64,000 nucleotides of DNA from Nitrospirota bacterium (GCA_963710375.1 CAVPZX010000003.1:160001-224000); one strand, 5' to 3'; shown: positions 38,709 to 48,825, numbered from the stretch's first letter. The notes: a model not told the origin generated them from the letters alone. Numbers and translations: made by a program.

Positions 38709-39402
38709 ATGAACTATAAGGCAGCCAGTGACATACAATACGAAGACAGAATCGGCAAGGCGGGAATTGCGGTCAAAGAAGGCATCATCAGCAGCCTGCA
38801 AGGTATTAACGAGATCGAGGCAGAGATCGTAAGCCTTGTACGGAATACCGTATCTAATACCCTGCGGGCCGGCGAGAAAGTGGCAGGAGAGAGTCTATCA
38901 ATTACAAAGGACGTTGTAAAAGGCGCCATAACCGCCACAGAGGAGGTCGGCACGGGTCTCATTTTGAGCACGAAGAGCGTGGCCAAAGGCATTGTGATGG
39001 GAGTGAGCGACATGGGCGGGGATATTGTGGCTGTTGCGAGCCAGACCGTCAAGGGAGCGGTCAAGGGAGCAGCTCGAGATCGGGGCAGATGTGGCTCTTG
39101 TCGCACGGAGGGCGGTTGACGGCGTTATCGAGGCGACTAAGGAAGTCGGAGGAAACGTCACGGAAGTTGCCAAGGCTGCTGTGGGTGGAGCGATCGAAGC
39201 GGCAGGCAGCATCGGGAACACAGCAGTAAAAGCGGTGACTGACATGCTGGTGGGGGTTGTTGAGGGCGTTAAGGAGATCGGAAGAGCAGCCTTTCCGAAG
39301 CCGCGACTGGTAAAAGGATCACACGAGGCAGATTCCTCTTTTACCGAAGGGGAATTCGCCGAACCTGCGATAAGGAGGACGAGTCATAAAAAGTCGAAAT
39401 GA
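38709..39402 (+). CDS. Unknown Ala/Gly/Val-rich protein with 22-aa amphipathic repeats; +1 frameshift near 39075 (probable sequence error)
   Basis: ORFs 38682-39119 and 39025-39402 join into one continuous repeat register if one base at gctCgag is removed; GGAGGG RBS before ATG 38709. Confidence 0.75.
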
Positions 39403-39506
39403 ACATAATGGCTCAGCAGTGGGGACTGCCGACCCACTGCTGCCAAAAGTAGGCGCTTCTAAGCGAGAACCAGGTGCTCTATTCATAATATAGGTTCTGT
39501 CCATTC

Positions 39507-39717
39507 CTGCAATTCAGACAGTGTAAATGAAGGATATGTCTCTTACGCTCAGGCGCTACGTCCTGACAGTTCTAACGGCTTGTTCGCTACAGGCGCAAAA
39601 CTCGCCCTTCGGGCTCAAACATTGCGCCTGTTAGACGCTCACTTCGCCGAGAACTGTTACCAGGACTCCGCGATTCGCTTCAGAGACATATCCTTCATTA
39701 CACTGTCTGAATTGCAG
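39507..39717. mobile_element. MITE-like element family B, copy 2
   Basis: Nearly identical to 29727-29938, same orientation. Confidence 0.88.
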
Positions 39718-39728
39718 TGTACATTCCC

Positions 39729-39900
39729 GGTAGTGGGCCAGTTTGCTTTTTGCTCTGTATCAATTAGCCGTTCAATTCAATCACTGGCCTGTATTGAGCA
39801 TTACCTGTGGTCGCCACTTCTATATATGTGGGCTCGGCGTTACTCGCCCACTATTGATAACCCAGGTGATACAGAGCAAAAAGCAAACTGGCCCACTATC
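39729..39900. mobile_element. MITE-like element family A, copy 2
   Basis: Inverted copy of 9333-9546 lacking the 42-bp insert; TIRs tagtgggccagtttgctttttgctctgtatca. Confidence 0.85.
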
Positions 39901-39915
39901 TATATTCCTCAAGCA

Positions 39916-39945
39916 TTGACAAATATGTATAATTTTGTGTAACTT
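39916..39945 (+). promoter_or_regulatory. Probable sigma70 promoter of rplM-rpsI
   Basis: TTGACA-N18-TAACTT. Confidence 0.5.
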
Positions 39946-39995
39946 ATAAGGCTTGATTAATTCGTTGTATTTATATAGTAAGGGAAGGTGTTACG

Positions 39996-40440
39996 ATGAG
40001 AACCAGATTTGCCAGGAAAAGTGAAATTGAGCGCAAATGGTATGTTGTTGATGCAAAAGACAAGGTGTTGGGCAGGTTGGCCTGCAGGGTTGCATCGTAC
40101 ATACGGGGAAAGCATAAACCCATATTTACACCCAATGTGGATACCGGAGATTTTATCATAGTAATTAATGCTGATAAAGTTAAGGTCACCGGCAAGAAAC
40201 TTGTTGAACAAGCTGTATCAGCACCACACCGGCTATATCGGTAACCTGAAAGAAACTTCGCTTAGAGACAGGATGAGTTCAGAGCCTGAGAAGGTGATAG
40301 AAGATGCCGTATGGGGAATGCTTCCCAAAAACAGGCTCGGCAGGGCTATGATCAAAAAACTGAAAGTATACCGCGGTCCTGAGCACGGGCATGCAGCTCA
40401 GAAACCAGAGTTGATAGAAATCACAAAAGTAAGGAGTTAA
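39996..40440 (+). CDS. rplM: 50S ribosomal protein L13 (apparent +1 frameshift near 40200)
   Basis: [27 protein letters not shown] in one frame; [29 protein letters not shown] in the other. Confidence 0.95.
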
Positions 40441-40443
40441 TCA

Positions 40444-40836
40444 ATGGCTTCGATCAATTATAATTCAACAGGCAGAAGAAAGCGTTCAATAGCGCGGGTA
40501 AACCTGGTACCGGGCAAAGGCGTAATAACAGTCAATGACAGGGACATCGAGACTTACTTTCCGAGAGAGACGCTAAGGATGATTATCAGGCAGCCGCTCC
40601 AGCTTACCGGCACTGCAGGGAAATATGATGTGCTTGCCAGTGTAAACGGGGGAGGACTTAGCGGCCAGGCCGGCGCTTTGCGTCACGGCATTGCGCGGGC
40701 GCTCGTTGCCGCTGATGCCGACATGAAACCCAAGCTTAAAAAAGAGGGGATACTTACCAGGGACCCGAGAGAAGTGGAGAGGAAGAAATACGGCCAGGCC
40801 GGCGCTCGCAGAAGGTTCCAGTTCTCCAAACGTTAA
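40444..40836 (+). CDS. rpsI: 30S ribosomal protein S9
   Basis: [43 protein letters not shown]. Confidence 0.98.
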   Translation: MASINYNSTGRRKRSIARVNLVPGKGVITVNDRDIETYFPRETLRMIIRQPLQLTGTAGKYDVLASVNGGGLSGQAGALRHGIARALVAADADMKPKLKKEGILTRDPREVERKKYGQAGARRRFQFSKR

Positions 40837-40856
40837 CAATTACCGCGAGGTGGGAA

Positions 40857-40913
40857 AAAATGAAGCCACAGAGACCACAGAGATAAACTCTGAGTTCTCT
40901 GTGGCTTCATTTT
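40857..40913 (+). terminator. Stem-loop / probable terminator after rpsI
   Basis: aaaatgaagccacagaga ... tctctgtggcttcatttt inverted repeat. Confidence 0.7.
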
Positions 40914-40946
40914 AACACTACCCAAAAATCTGAGGGGAGATAAACA

Positions 40947-42044
40947 ATGATAAAAGCAGGCATCTTTGGCGCTTCGAGTTTAACTGCCGGCAAACTCATT
41001 GAGTTGCTGTTAAATCACCCGGAAGTTGAAATTTCTTTTTTGGCAGCCGAAACATTTAGTGGACGAGGATTAGAAGCCTCTTTTCATGGCAGGTTCAAGA
41101 ATTTATTAGATCTTAAGTTTGAGTCATATTATTCCAACAAGAATAAGATGATGAGCAAATGCGATGTGGTTTTCTTGACAAAGCCTCATGGTAAACATGG
41201 CGATGTTGCTGCGGAACTCCTGGCAAAGAACATAAAAGTCATCGACCTAAGCGCCGATTTTCGGTTGAAGGACCTCAACGTGTTTGCTAAATGGTACAAA
41301 CCTGAGGGAGAACACGCAGCCTACTATTATGGCGGGGAATTTATAGACCTTCTGGGCAAAGCCGTTTATGGCCTGACCGAGATCCATTACGGGAAAATCG
41401 CCAATGCTAATCTGGTTGCTAATCCGGGTTGTTACCCCACAAGCGTTATTTTAGGGTTAGCGCCGTTGTTTAAAGAAAAATTGATCCTGGACGATTTCGT
41501 TGTCGCTGACTCTTATTCCGGAGTAAGCGGTGCTGGCAGGAGCCGTAAAGATGAAACACAGTTTATCGACCTCAACGAAAACATCCGGCCATATAAGATA
41601 GGCACCCACAACCATACGCCCGAAATGGAGCAAGAACTCTCAGAGCTGGGCGGAACGAGTTGCAAGGTGTTGTTCGCGCCCCATATCATGCCGATAGACG
41701 TGGGCATTATAAGTACAATTTACGTAAAATACGCAAAAAAAATGGACACCAAAGAATTGACGGATATGTATAGTACATTCTATGAGAATAAGCCGTTTAT
41801 TAGGATTTACAAAAACGGCGCCTTGCCGCAGTTAAAAGATGTTGCGAATACCAATTTCTGCGACATTGGTATTACGATTGACGAGAGAACTGACCGCTAT
41901 GTTATTACGTCCGTTATCGATAATACTATTAAGGGTGCAGCCGGTCAGGCAATTCAGAACATGAATTTGATGTTTGGACTTGATGAAACCGCCGGGTTGC
42001 CGTTCAGTCGCCCTTTGCAGAAGATGCGTGGTTATAGAGTATAA
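40947..42044 (+). CDS. argC: N-acetyl-gamma-glutamyl-phosphate reductase
   Basis: VIDLSADFRL, VYGLTE, ANPGCYPT, SGVSGAGR, IDNTIKGAAGQAIQNMN. Confidence 0.95.
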   Translation: MIKAGIFGASSLTAGKLIELLLNHPEVEISFLAAETFSGRGLEASFHGRFKNLLDLKFESYYSNKNKMMSKCDVVFLTKPHGKHGDVAAELLAKNIKVIDLSADFRLKDLNVFAKWYKPEGEHAAYYYGGEFIDLLGKAVYGLTEIHYGKIANANLVANPGCYPTSVILGLAPLFKEKLILDDFVVADSYSGVSGAGRSRKDETQFIDLNENIRPYKIGTHNHTPEMEQELSELGGTSCKVLFAPHIMPIDVGIISTIYVKYAKKMDTKELTDMYSTFYENKPFIRIYKNGALPQLKDVANTNFCDIGITIDERTDRYVITSVIDNTIKGAAGQAIQNMNLMFGLDETAGLPFSRPLQKMRGYRV

Positions 42045-42193
42045 ACCTCTTTCTAAGTTAATCCATAAAAGTCTTTGCCAAGGTCGAACCTCAGGGGTTG
42101 ACCTTGGCAGAAGCAACATTGAAATGTTCAATAATCTCGCGAAGCGTGCAGTCGCCTCGTTGCATAGCGTTTCCTCCCGTCATCCGGAAACGA

Positions 42194-42565
42194 TCATTCT
42201 TCTACGATTATCGTTCCTGTCATGTCCTCATGACCCTCTCCGCAGAAGATATCGCAATGGAAATCGTAAGTACCGGCCTTTTGCGGCACTATGCGCACGG
42301 TCGAAACCTGGCCTGGATTGACGTCGGTGCGTATATTCAAATCGGGACAATTGAACCCATGCAATCTGTCCAGTGAAGTGAATTCCAGAACAGCAGGCAC
42401 CCCTTTCTTCAGCCTGATCTCGTTAGGAGAGTATTCGAACTTCTTGGCCGTAATCTTGATTACTTGCTCTGTCTGGTCCTCCGCCCACACATTGACCGCA
42501 AAGAAAGTTAAAAAGAGTAGTATGAGTAAACCGCATGTCAACCTCTCTCCGCTTACGTATCTCAT
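42194..42565 (-). CDS. Cupredoxin (CuA-like) domain exported protein
   Basis: TSLDRLHGF..FHCDIFCGEGHEDM; signal peptide. Confidence 0.88.
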   Translation of the reverse strand: MRYVSGERLTCGLLILLFLTFFAVNVWAEDQTEQVIKITAKKFEYSPNEIRLKKGVPAVLEFTSLDRLHGFNCPDLNIRTDVNPGQVSTVRIVPQKAGTYDFHCDIFCGEGHEDMTGTIIVEE

Positions 42566-43476
42566 CTATATCCTCCCCCCTTATTTACCACAGAAAACCC
42601 GGTAAGTTGATATTCCGGATATCCTGTTTTTCCGGTACCTTTTGCCACACTGCGGAATCCGAGCCCTTTGTATGGGTCAGCGGCATCCCAGGGGAGTTGT
42701 ATGCGCTTGGGGAGTGAGCCGGGCGCAGGCAATGGATACATCAGGCCTTTGGCGGAATAAAGCGGAATATGACCTGCCACATGTTGGTTTTCCTGGTGAA
42801 TATGTCCGTATAAAACTACTACGTTTTTGAACGGCATGAGAAGTTCTATTGCCTTCGCTCCGTCCTGGGTCCACCAATCCCATTTTGGCAGCAAATCAAA
42901 AAGTGGGCGGTGCGTCAGGATTACGATCGGGGATTCTTTATCAAGAGGCTTCAGAATTTCGCTTAACCATTGCAACTGGGCATCTCCTATAGTTGAGGTC
43001 TTCTCCGAAACATTATCTATTGCTATGAAATGCACTCCCTTGTGTTCGAAGATGTAGTGGGTCTTGCCGAAAAACTCCTGGAATGCCTCACCATGATCAA
43101 ATGAGGCATCATGTTCTCCAGGCAAGAACTTAATATTCTTCACTTTCAGTTCGCTGACTATCTTACGGAATTCCGCCATGCGCTTTCTTCGTTCCTTGGG
43201 GTCTTCGGTGTTATGAGTCAAATCACCCGTAAATACGATGAAGTCCGGTTGAGTTTCCAGGCTGTTGACATACTCTATAGCTTTTTTGAGTGTGCCTTGT
43301 GAATCCGGGTTTATCTTCGGATCGTTGAACCCCCAGTGACTATCCGACATCTGGACAAAGGAGAAATCATCCTGTCCGGGTTTATCCATGGCACTCACAA
43401 AATTACGCGGGCCCAATACAAAGACTGCGCTGCCGATACCAATTAGCTTGAAAAAATCCCTCCTGTCCAGGTTCAT
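42562..43476 (-). CDS. Tat-exported metallophosphoesterase (CpdA/Icc-like)
   Basis: DRRDFFK Tat motif; SDSH, FTGDLTH, PGEHD, THRP, GHIH. Confidence 0.9.
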   Translation of the reverse strand: MNLDRRDFFKLIGIGSAVFVLGPRNFVSAMDKPGQDDFSFVQMSDSHWGFNDPKINPDSQGTLKKAIEYVNSLETQPDFIVFTGDLTHNTEDPKERRKRMAEFRKIVSELKVKNIKFLPGEHDASFDHGEAFQEFFGKTHYIFEHKGVHFIAIDNVSEKTSTIGDAQLQWLSEILKPLDKESPIVILTHRPLFDLLPKWDWWTQDGAKAIELLMPFKNVVVLYGHIHQENQHVAGHIPLYSAKGLMYPLPAPGSLPKRIQLPWDAADPYKGLGFRSVAKGTGKTGYPEYQLTGFSVVNKGGGYR

Positions 43477-44308
43477 AATCTTTCTCCTTGGCGATAAGTC
43501 GGGTTATTACAAATTACCTGTTTTGTCCCTTCACTTAGAAAACCCTATTCATACCATGCATCAAGGCAGATGGTGAATAATCCGCATAGCCATAGTTTAC
43601 AAGTTGTAAAATCAACTCTATCACAACTGTAAAATAAGTCAACTATCAAGGTAAAAATGTGTCAAGGCAAAATGAAAATGTCCGGTTTATACTGCCACCG
43701 GCTGCGGTGGTTTTTTATCGATGAGTAGGTTTCAGTGCAAAAAAGAAAAGGAAAAAATGGTCGCTGTCTCTATTTTCATACAATGTCAGATGCTCACACC
43801 AGTAATTGAAACCAAGCTTGTTTTTTTATACCTGATGAGTACGGGACATAACTTTACTCATCAGCCATGCTCCGGGTTGAGCTATTAGATTGAACGAGGA
43901 TCGGCTCAGATTTCCCTCCGTGTGAAATGCCGGGAGAAACCTTTAGTGATACCAACGTCAAGAGAAGTTATCCGATATTTTCAGCGAATTGATACTGATA
44001 TCACCGACGAGTCAACGGTAGTTGCAAAATGGATTGACTGCGGAGTTCGCTAAGAATGTGTGAAAATCAGTTTATGAATAACATATCGTAACAAAGACCG
44101 CTGGCATTCTTTGACCACTATAACTTTCTCCGCGTTACAGGCAAATTGAGATCTTTGTCATTGGTGAAGGTTAAGGAAGAAACATCTCACTATTAAAGAG
44201 TTCGCGACTGCGCGTCTGCCTTTCAGAAAATAAGGTATCAATTTTCTGCAGGAGGCTGCTTTCTCCGCACTAGATTTGCAAGCAACCGGGCACGCGTTGA
44301 AATGAGTG

Positions 44309-44662
44309 TTATCTTCTTACTCTGAACCTATTAGGTTCAAGTATTATCGTAGCATGCGAGATAATTTCTGAAGGATTGTTCTTGAGAAACAATTCGATGA
44401 GGTTGTTCATTTCAGAAGGCTTCATAGCTCGAACTTTAAGAACGATGATGCCTGGATATCTTTCAGGCGGATATAAGAGGATATTTGCAAAATCCTGGTC
44501 GCGGGTTATAATTATCCTGTTTTCATTTAATGCAAGAGAAGCAACTTCCGTATCGGGTGATGCAGACGGCAAAATGTCCCTAACGTCAGTAACGTCATGA
44601 CCGAGGGTTTCTACGATCTTATTCGTTGAACGGGGTACATTGGCGTCAATAAGGAATTTCAC
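44309..44662 (-). CDS. DUF5615 PIN-like toxin (VapC45-type)
   Basis: MKFLIDANVP..GHDV..DTEV..ENRIIITRDQDF. Confidence 0.88.
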   Translation of the reverse strand: MKFLIDANVPRSTNKIVETLGHDVTDVRDILPSASPDTEVASLALNENRIIITRDQDFANILLYPPERYPGIIVLKVRAMKPSEMNNLIELFLKNNPSEIISHATIILEPNRFRVRR

Positions 44663-44669
44663 TCAGAGA

Positions 44670-44897
44670 TCACCCTTGTTTGAGGGTGACTTCTTCCTCT
44701 TGAGCAAGAATGGCAGCATAATAAATACAAGCACGAATGTCGTCATCTGTAACCGGCGGATACTCGGCCTTTATTTCATCATAGTTCATGCCGGCTGAAA
44801 GAGAATCGAGGATGACAAAAACAGGGATCCGCGTTCCTTTAATGCAGGGTTTTCCGTGGCAAATAGCAGGATCTATAGATATTCTATCCAACAGCAT
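44670..44897 (-). CDS. DUF433 antitoxin (VapB45-type)
   Basis: RISIDPAICHGKPCIKGTRIPV..YPPVTDDDIRACIYYAA. Confidence 0.9.
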   Translation of the reverse strand: MLLDRISIDPAICHGKPCIKGTRIPVFVILDSLSAGMNYDEIKAEYPPVTDDDIRACIYYAAILAQEEEVTLKQG

Positions 44898-45037
44898 AAC
44901 TAAGAATATAATTTTGCAGGGAAAAAAGCAATGGGGCGGCATTTTTTCGGGGAACAGAGTAACGATCTGCTATAATTGTTTATAATGACGAATGGCATGT
45001 GAACAACCAGAACAACAAATATAAGGCAAACTAGTAA

Positions 45038-45643
45038 ATGCATTGGAAAGCTCAAAAGACGATTTTACCTGCACTTGTAATAGCAGGCCTTTTTTTTGAC
45101 CTATTGGCTCTATCTATCCCTGAAGTTTCTGCTCACGAGGTTGAACTAAGCAAAAAGATTATCATCGAGGAGAATCACATTCCTTCGGTAACTAAACCTG
45201 GGGATAAACCCATAACCTTAAACGAACAATTGCTAAGCAAACTTGTTCCAGAACTTAAGAATCCGAGGCTTATGCACTATGATGACTTGAGCGATCCTAG
45301 AGACAGGGAGAGCTTTATAGAGGGCGGTTATACATTTGTGCTAACAGGAGATTTTATTAGAAATGGTTTCGCAGATATAGCATTTGTTGGTAAATATGAC
45401 AATCCAGAAAGCTCTACTGAGAATTGCTTTTTTGCAGTGGTGAGTATTCAGGGGAAGAAAATAATTAGAGAGTATTTTTCAAAGCTTAAAACCAAAGAAG
45501 TCTCTCTAATACGCGTTTCAAATTATAAACCTAAAACTGATGCCATTGGTCTTGTATATAAGTTTGAGACGGAGGAGTGTGGATATTTTTTTTGGCTCAA
45601 GATGAAGCTTTATTATGAGCCATGTAAATCTGTATTTCCATAG
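45038..45643 (+). CDS. Exported hypothetical protein (AT-rich)
   Basis: Signal peptide VSA-HE; GDFIRNGFADIAF resembles a degenerate FG-GAP motif. Confidence 0.6.
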   Translation: MHWKAQKTILPALVIAGLFFDLLALSIPEVSAHEVELSKKIIIEENHIPSVTKPGDKPITLNEQLLSKLVPELKNPRLMHYDDLSDPRDRESFIEGGYTFVLTGDFIRNGFADIAFVGKYDNPESSTENCFFAVVSIQGKKIIREYFSKLKTKEVSLIRVSNYKPKTDAIGLVYKFETEECGYFFWLKMKLYYEPCKSVFP

Positions 45644-45964
45644 TTTTGCTCACATTCCGCTCAGGGAGCTGTAAAGTATACGAAGAGTACAGCCTCAGCC
45701 ACATTCGGCGCTTGTTAAGTACCGCCTGCAAATTGATGTGACCATGAGATCAAAAATTCGAGTGAATTGTATAAAGAAACTATCTCGAGTTCATGGCTTG
45801 TATTAGCGTTTCGCGATAAAACCTACTAGCACAGCTGATTGTCCTTCGCGAGGATTGTTAGAAGTACTCAATATACAGGGTGGCTATATTTACGAGAGTA
45901 CCCCTCATACAGTTGCGGCAATCTTAAACTGTTATGTTCAGGAAGAAGCCATATCTTTGGACAA

Positions 45965-45993
45965 AATAATGGGGTGGTGTTTCCACCACCCCA
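45965..45993 (-). terminator. Hairpin downstream of the micropeptide ORF
   Basis: GGGTGGTG-GAAA-CACCACCC followed by CATTATTTT on the minus strand. Confidence 0.6.
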
Positions 45994-46018
45994 TTCACAA
46001 ACGATGCCACATTTAAAA

Positions 46019-46081
46019 CTACTTCTTTTTGCTAACAGGCTTCTTTGAGGTTTTCTTAGACGGCTTCTTTGTTGCAGCCAT
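46019..46081 (-). CDS. 20-aa Lys-rich micropeptide MAATKKPSKKTSKKPVSKKK
   Basis: AGGAGG RBS 8 nt upstream of ATG; TAG stop; downstream hairpin at 45971-45992. Confidence 0.6.
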   Translation of the reverse strand: MAATKKPSKKTSKKPVSKKK

Positions 46082-46529
46082 TGTTGAGCCCTCCTGTTTT
46101 AGTATTTTGAATCGCGATGATCTCAAGCAAGCATCATCATTATTATTTATCGTGATTTTTTTACTTTTATCAAGTGGTTTAGTAAATTTTTAAAAATATT
46201 TTATTCTATTATGTGTTTTTTACATAAACTCCAAAGCTCTATTTGAGGCCCTTACCGCCAATTCGCAATAATCTCAACATGCTGAAATGTAATTGCCGCA
46301 ATTCGACTTAAAGGCCAGTGTACTACGGTAAAGTCCGCTTCTCGATAATACAAGCTTCATTCGGAAATGCAAGTAGCAGAGAAGATTCGAGTGACGTTTA
46401 GTGCACCGATTAATCTCGATTTTCAAATTTCACCAGGTATAATGCTTTCCGGTCGTACTATAGCTCACAGACAGAAGATTGACGTTATGTAATCAACATT
46501 CTGGTTTTTGATGGTAAGATAACAGTGCT

Positions 46530-47117
46530 ATGAAAAAGCTCGGCCGGTCATTTTTTCATCAAGACGCGATCAAGCTTGCGCGCGCTTTGATCGGAACAAT
46601 TCTCGTGCATCGTGTTCGGGGCAAGGAGTACCGGGCGCGCATCGTAGAAACCGAAGCATATCTCGGCCCCAATGACCTTGCTTCCCACTCCTCTAAAGGC
46701 AGGACAAAACGGACCGAGGTCATGTTCGGCCCTGCTGGTCATGCGTACGTCTACCTCATCTACGGGATGCACAACATGTTCAATATTGTGGTTGGTAAAA
46801 CCGGCAAAGCACAGGCCGTGCTCATCCGCGCGGCCGAACCTCTCGATGAGTGGCAAGCTGATCTTTCCGGCCCTGGCAAACTCACACGCGCTCTCAAAAT
46901 CACCCGATCTTACCATAGCATGGATCTATGCGGCGACAGGTTGTATCTTCTCTCAGGTTCCCGAATACGACTGCGGATAAAAAGAAGTGAACGTATCGGC
47001 GTTGAGTACGCAAAAGAATGGAAAGATAAGCTGTTACGTTTTTATGATGCGGATAGTCCAGCAGTGAGTGGCAATGTAAGCTGCCGGACACGCCCCAGTA
47101 ATGCCATGCTGATATAA
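46530..47117 (+). CDS. mpg: DNA-3-methyladenine glycosylase (AAG/MPG family)
   Basis: RIVETEAY, MFGPAGHAYVYLIYGMH, AVLIRAAEP, GPGKL, RIGV. Confidence 0.93.
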   Translation: MKKLGRSFFHQDAIKLARALIGTILVHRVRGKEYRARIVETEAYLGPNDLASHSSKGRTKRTEVMFGPAGHAYVYLIYGMHNMFNIVVGKTGKAQAVLIRAAEPLDEWQADLSGPGKLTRALKITRSYHSMDLCGDRLYLLSGSRIRLRIKRSERIGVEYAKEWKDKLLRFYDADSPAVSGNVSCRTRPSNAMLI

Positions 47118-47706
47118 AAAAGAAAGGAGCAGTAACGGGCATGGACAACACGGAAACAAGCGCAGGCATTACCGAACGGCGTGCGGATTACCAGGTACGG
47201 ATGAGCCCGCGATGCTCGCTCTTCAAAGACTTTCTGGAAAAAGAAGGGAAAGCTTTTTTAACAAAGAGATCGAGAGCAGAAGATAAGGGAGAAAAAACAA
47301 GATTAGTTTTAGCAAAAGCTTTCGGGTGCTGAGAGGCCTAACAACGGCTTGCAGTCTGACAAAAGCGGCGTGTTTGTCGCAGTGAGGCATGAGCCCTCGC
47401 CGACTGTGTGAATTTTCTCGATCGCTTATGCTAAGGCTCGCTTTGCATCTGAAGCCGGTGTTCTTGTGTACGAAGGCTTTGAAGAATCGTCCGCTCATTG
47501 CCAATTGCTTCTGGGGAAATCTTTCACTCACGGCAGAAAACTGACAGGAATGACTTCAGGAAGACATAAACAAATTTGCCTGACTTTTTATCATATCCTT
47601 TTTAAGCTGTAGTTGCCACTACTGTGCTGACCTTTCGGACGATGTTCGATCAGGTCTTGTCTTTCAGGATGGTGCATTCTGATGCAAAATGGTGTATAAT
47701 TATTTT

Positions 47707-47964
47707 ATGGCTACAACCGAAAAAACGATCCGCCAGAGCATCACCCTCCCTTCTCCACTGGCCAAGCGGGTGAAGACCTTGGCAAAAAGCCGAAAAGTGA
47801 GTTCGAATCGGATACTTGTAGAACTCGTTGAAACCGGGCTGCGAGCAAAAGAAGAGGAGAAGCGCAGATTCTTCGAATTGGCGGGTCGGTTAAGCACATC
47901 AACAGATGCGAAAGAACAGCAGGAATTGAAGGAACAACTTGCCCGAATGACTTTCGGAGAATGA
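47707..47964 (+). CDS. CopG/ribbon-helix-helix-like protein, candidate antitoxin
   Basis: IRQSITLPSPLAKRVKTLAKSRKVSSNRILVELVETGL (beta-alpha-alpha RHH pattern) with a helical tail. Confidence 0.7.
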   Translation: MATTEKTIRQSITLPSPLAKRVKTLAKSRKVSSNRILVELVETGLRAKEEEKRRFFELAGRLSTSTDAKEQQELKEQLARMTFGE

Positions 47965-48207
47965 GTGCTGAAGATCCAGTGGACCCGTCTTCCTATTGCA
48001 CTCCGAGATCATCTCTTTGATCGGCTTCGGGATCGTCAAATCACCGCTGAGGATCTCTACCAGCTGAAACTCTGGCGAGAATCTGAGCCTGAAGCCCCGG
48101 AAGGCGATTGGTATAAGGATTTCGGCTCATTCAAAGTCTGCGGCAGGGGGAAATATCCCAAGACATTTCTTCTTCGAGGACAACCCGCCAAGGGCCAAGA
48201 GTTGTAA
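47965..48207 (+). CDS. Small hypothetical protein, candidate toxin
   Basis: 80 aa; GTG immediately after the RHH gene stop, with GGAG upstream. Confidence 0.6.
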   Translation: MLKIQWTRLPIALRDHLFDRLRDRQITAEDLYQLKLWRESEPEAPEGDWYKDFGSFKVCGRGKYPKTFLLRGQPAKGQEL

Positions 48208-48357
48208 ATAGCTTCCTGTAATCTACCCTTTCATATTGCCGCAACTATATGCAGAGTACGAACGAAAATGCTTACCGCTCGATTGTGAAGTATGCACCGC
48301 TTTGCGTCACGTAAAAAAGTATTCGAAAATATTTGCTTATTGACATTCAATATTGTG

Positions 48358-48506
48358 GCGTCAAGAGCAGGCGGGACACAGCGCCTCGGCTAAATCTCAC
48401 AAGGCATCCAGCCTTGCTCGAAGGCGACGCCAGCCCGTTCAGCCATCCATGGCGTCTCGGGCTGCCAACGCCCGCTACGGCACCATGTCCCGCCTGCTCT
48501 TGACGC
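48358..48506. mobile_element. MITE/REP-like element family D
   Basis: Perfect 21-bp TIRs gcgtcaagagcaggcgggaca / tgtcccgcctgctcttgacgc; internal gccatccatggc hairpin. Confidence 0.7.
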
Positions 48507-48642
48507 AATTATACATTAAGCTACAAATTACTTCTTTGCTTTTGACGATGATAATTTAATAAGATTGTTCTGAAGTTTGCTTTTCTGCCTTCTTAATTCT
48601 GCTATATAAGCTAAGTATAAATGTCCCCATGTTGATAAAAAG

Positions 48643-48825
48643 TGCAATGAAGGATATGTCTCAGGGAGCGAATTGCGGAGCTTTGGTAATGATTCTTGGC
48701 GAAATGAGCGTTAAACAACCGCAAGTGTCTGAGCCCGCAGGGCGAGTTTTGCGGCTGTAGCGAATGAGCCTTTAGAATCGTCAAAGCGCAGCACCTGAGC
48801 GGAAGAGGCATATCCTTCATTACAC
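48643..48825. mobile_element. MITE-like element family B, diverged inverted copy 3
   Basis: TIR gtgcaatgaaggatatgtctc / gaggcatatccttcattacac; internal ctgagcccgcagggcgagttttgcg matches the family B core in reverse. Confidence 0.8.

Noticed and set aside
40190..40210. Programmed frameshift or pseudogene in rplM
   Set aside because: No slippery heptamer is evident; nearby single-base insertions point to sequence error.
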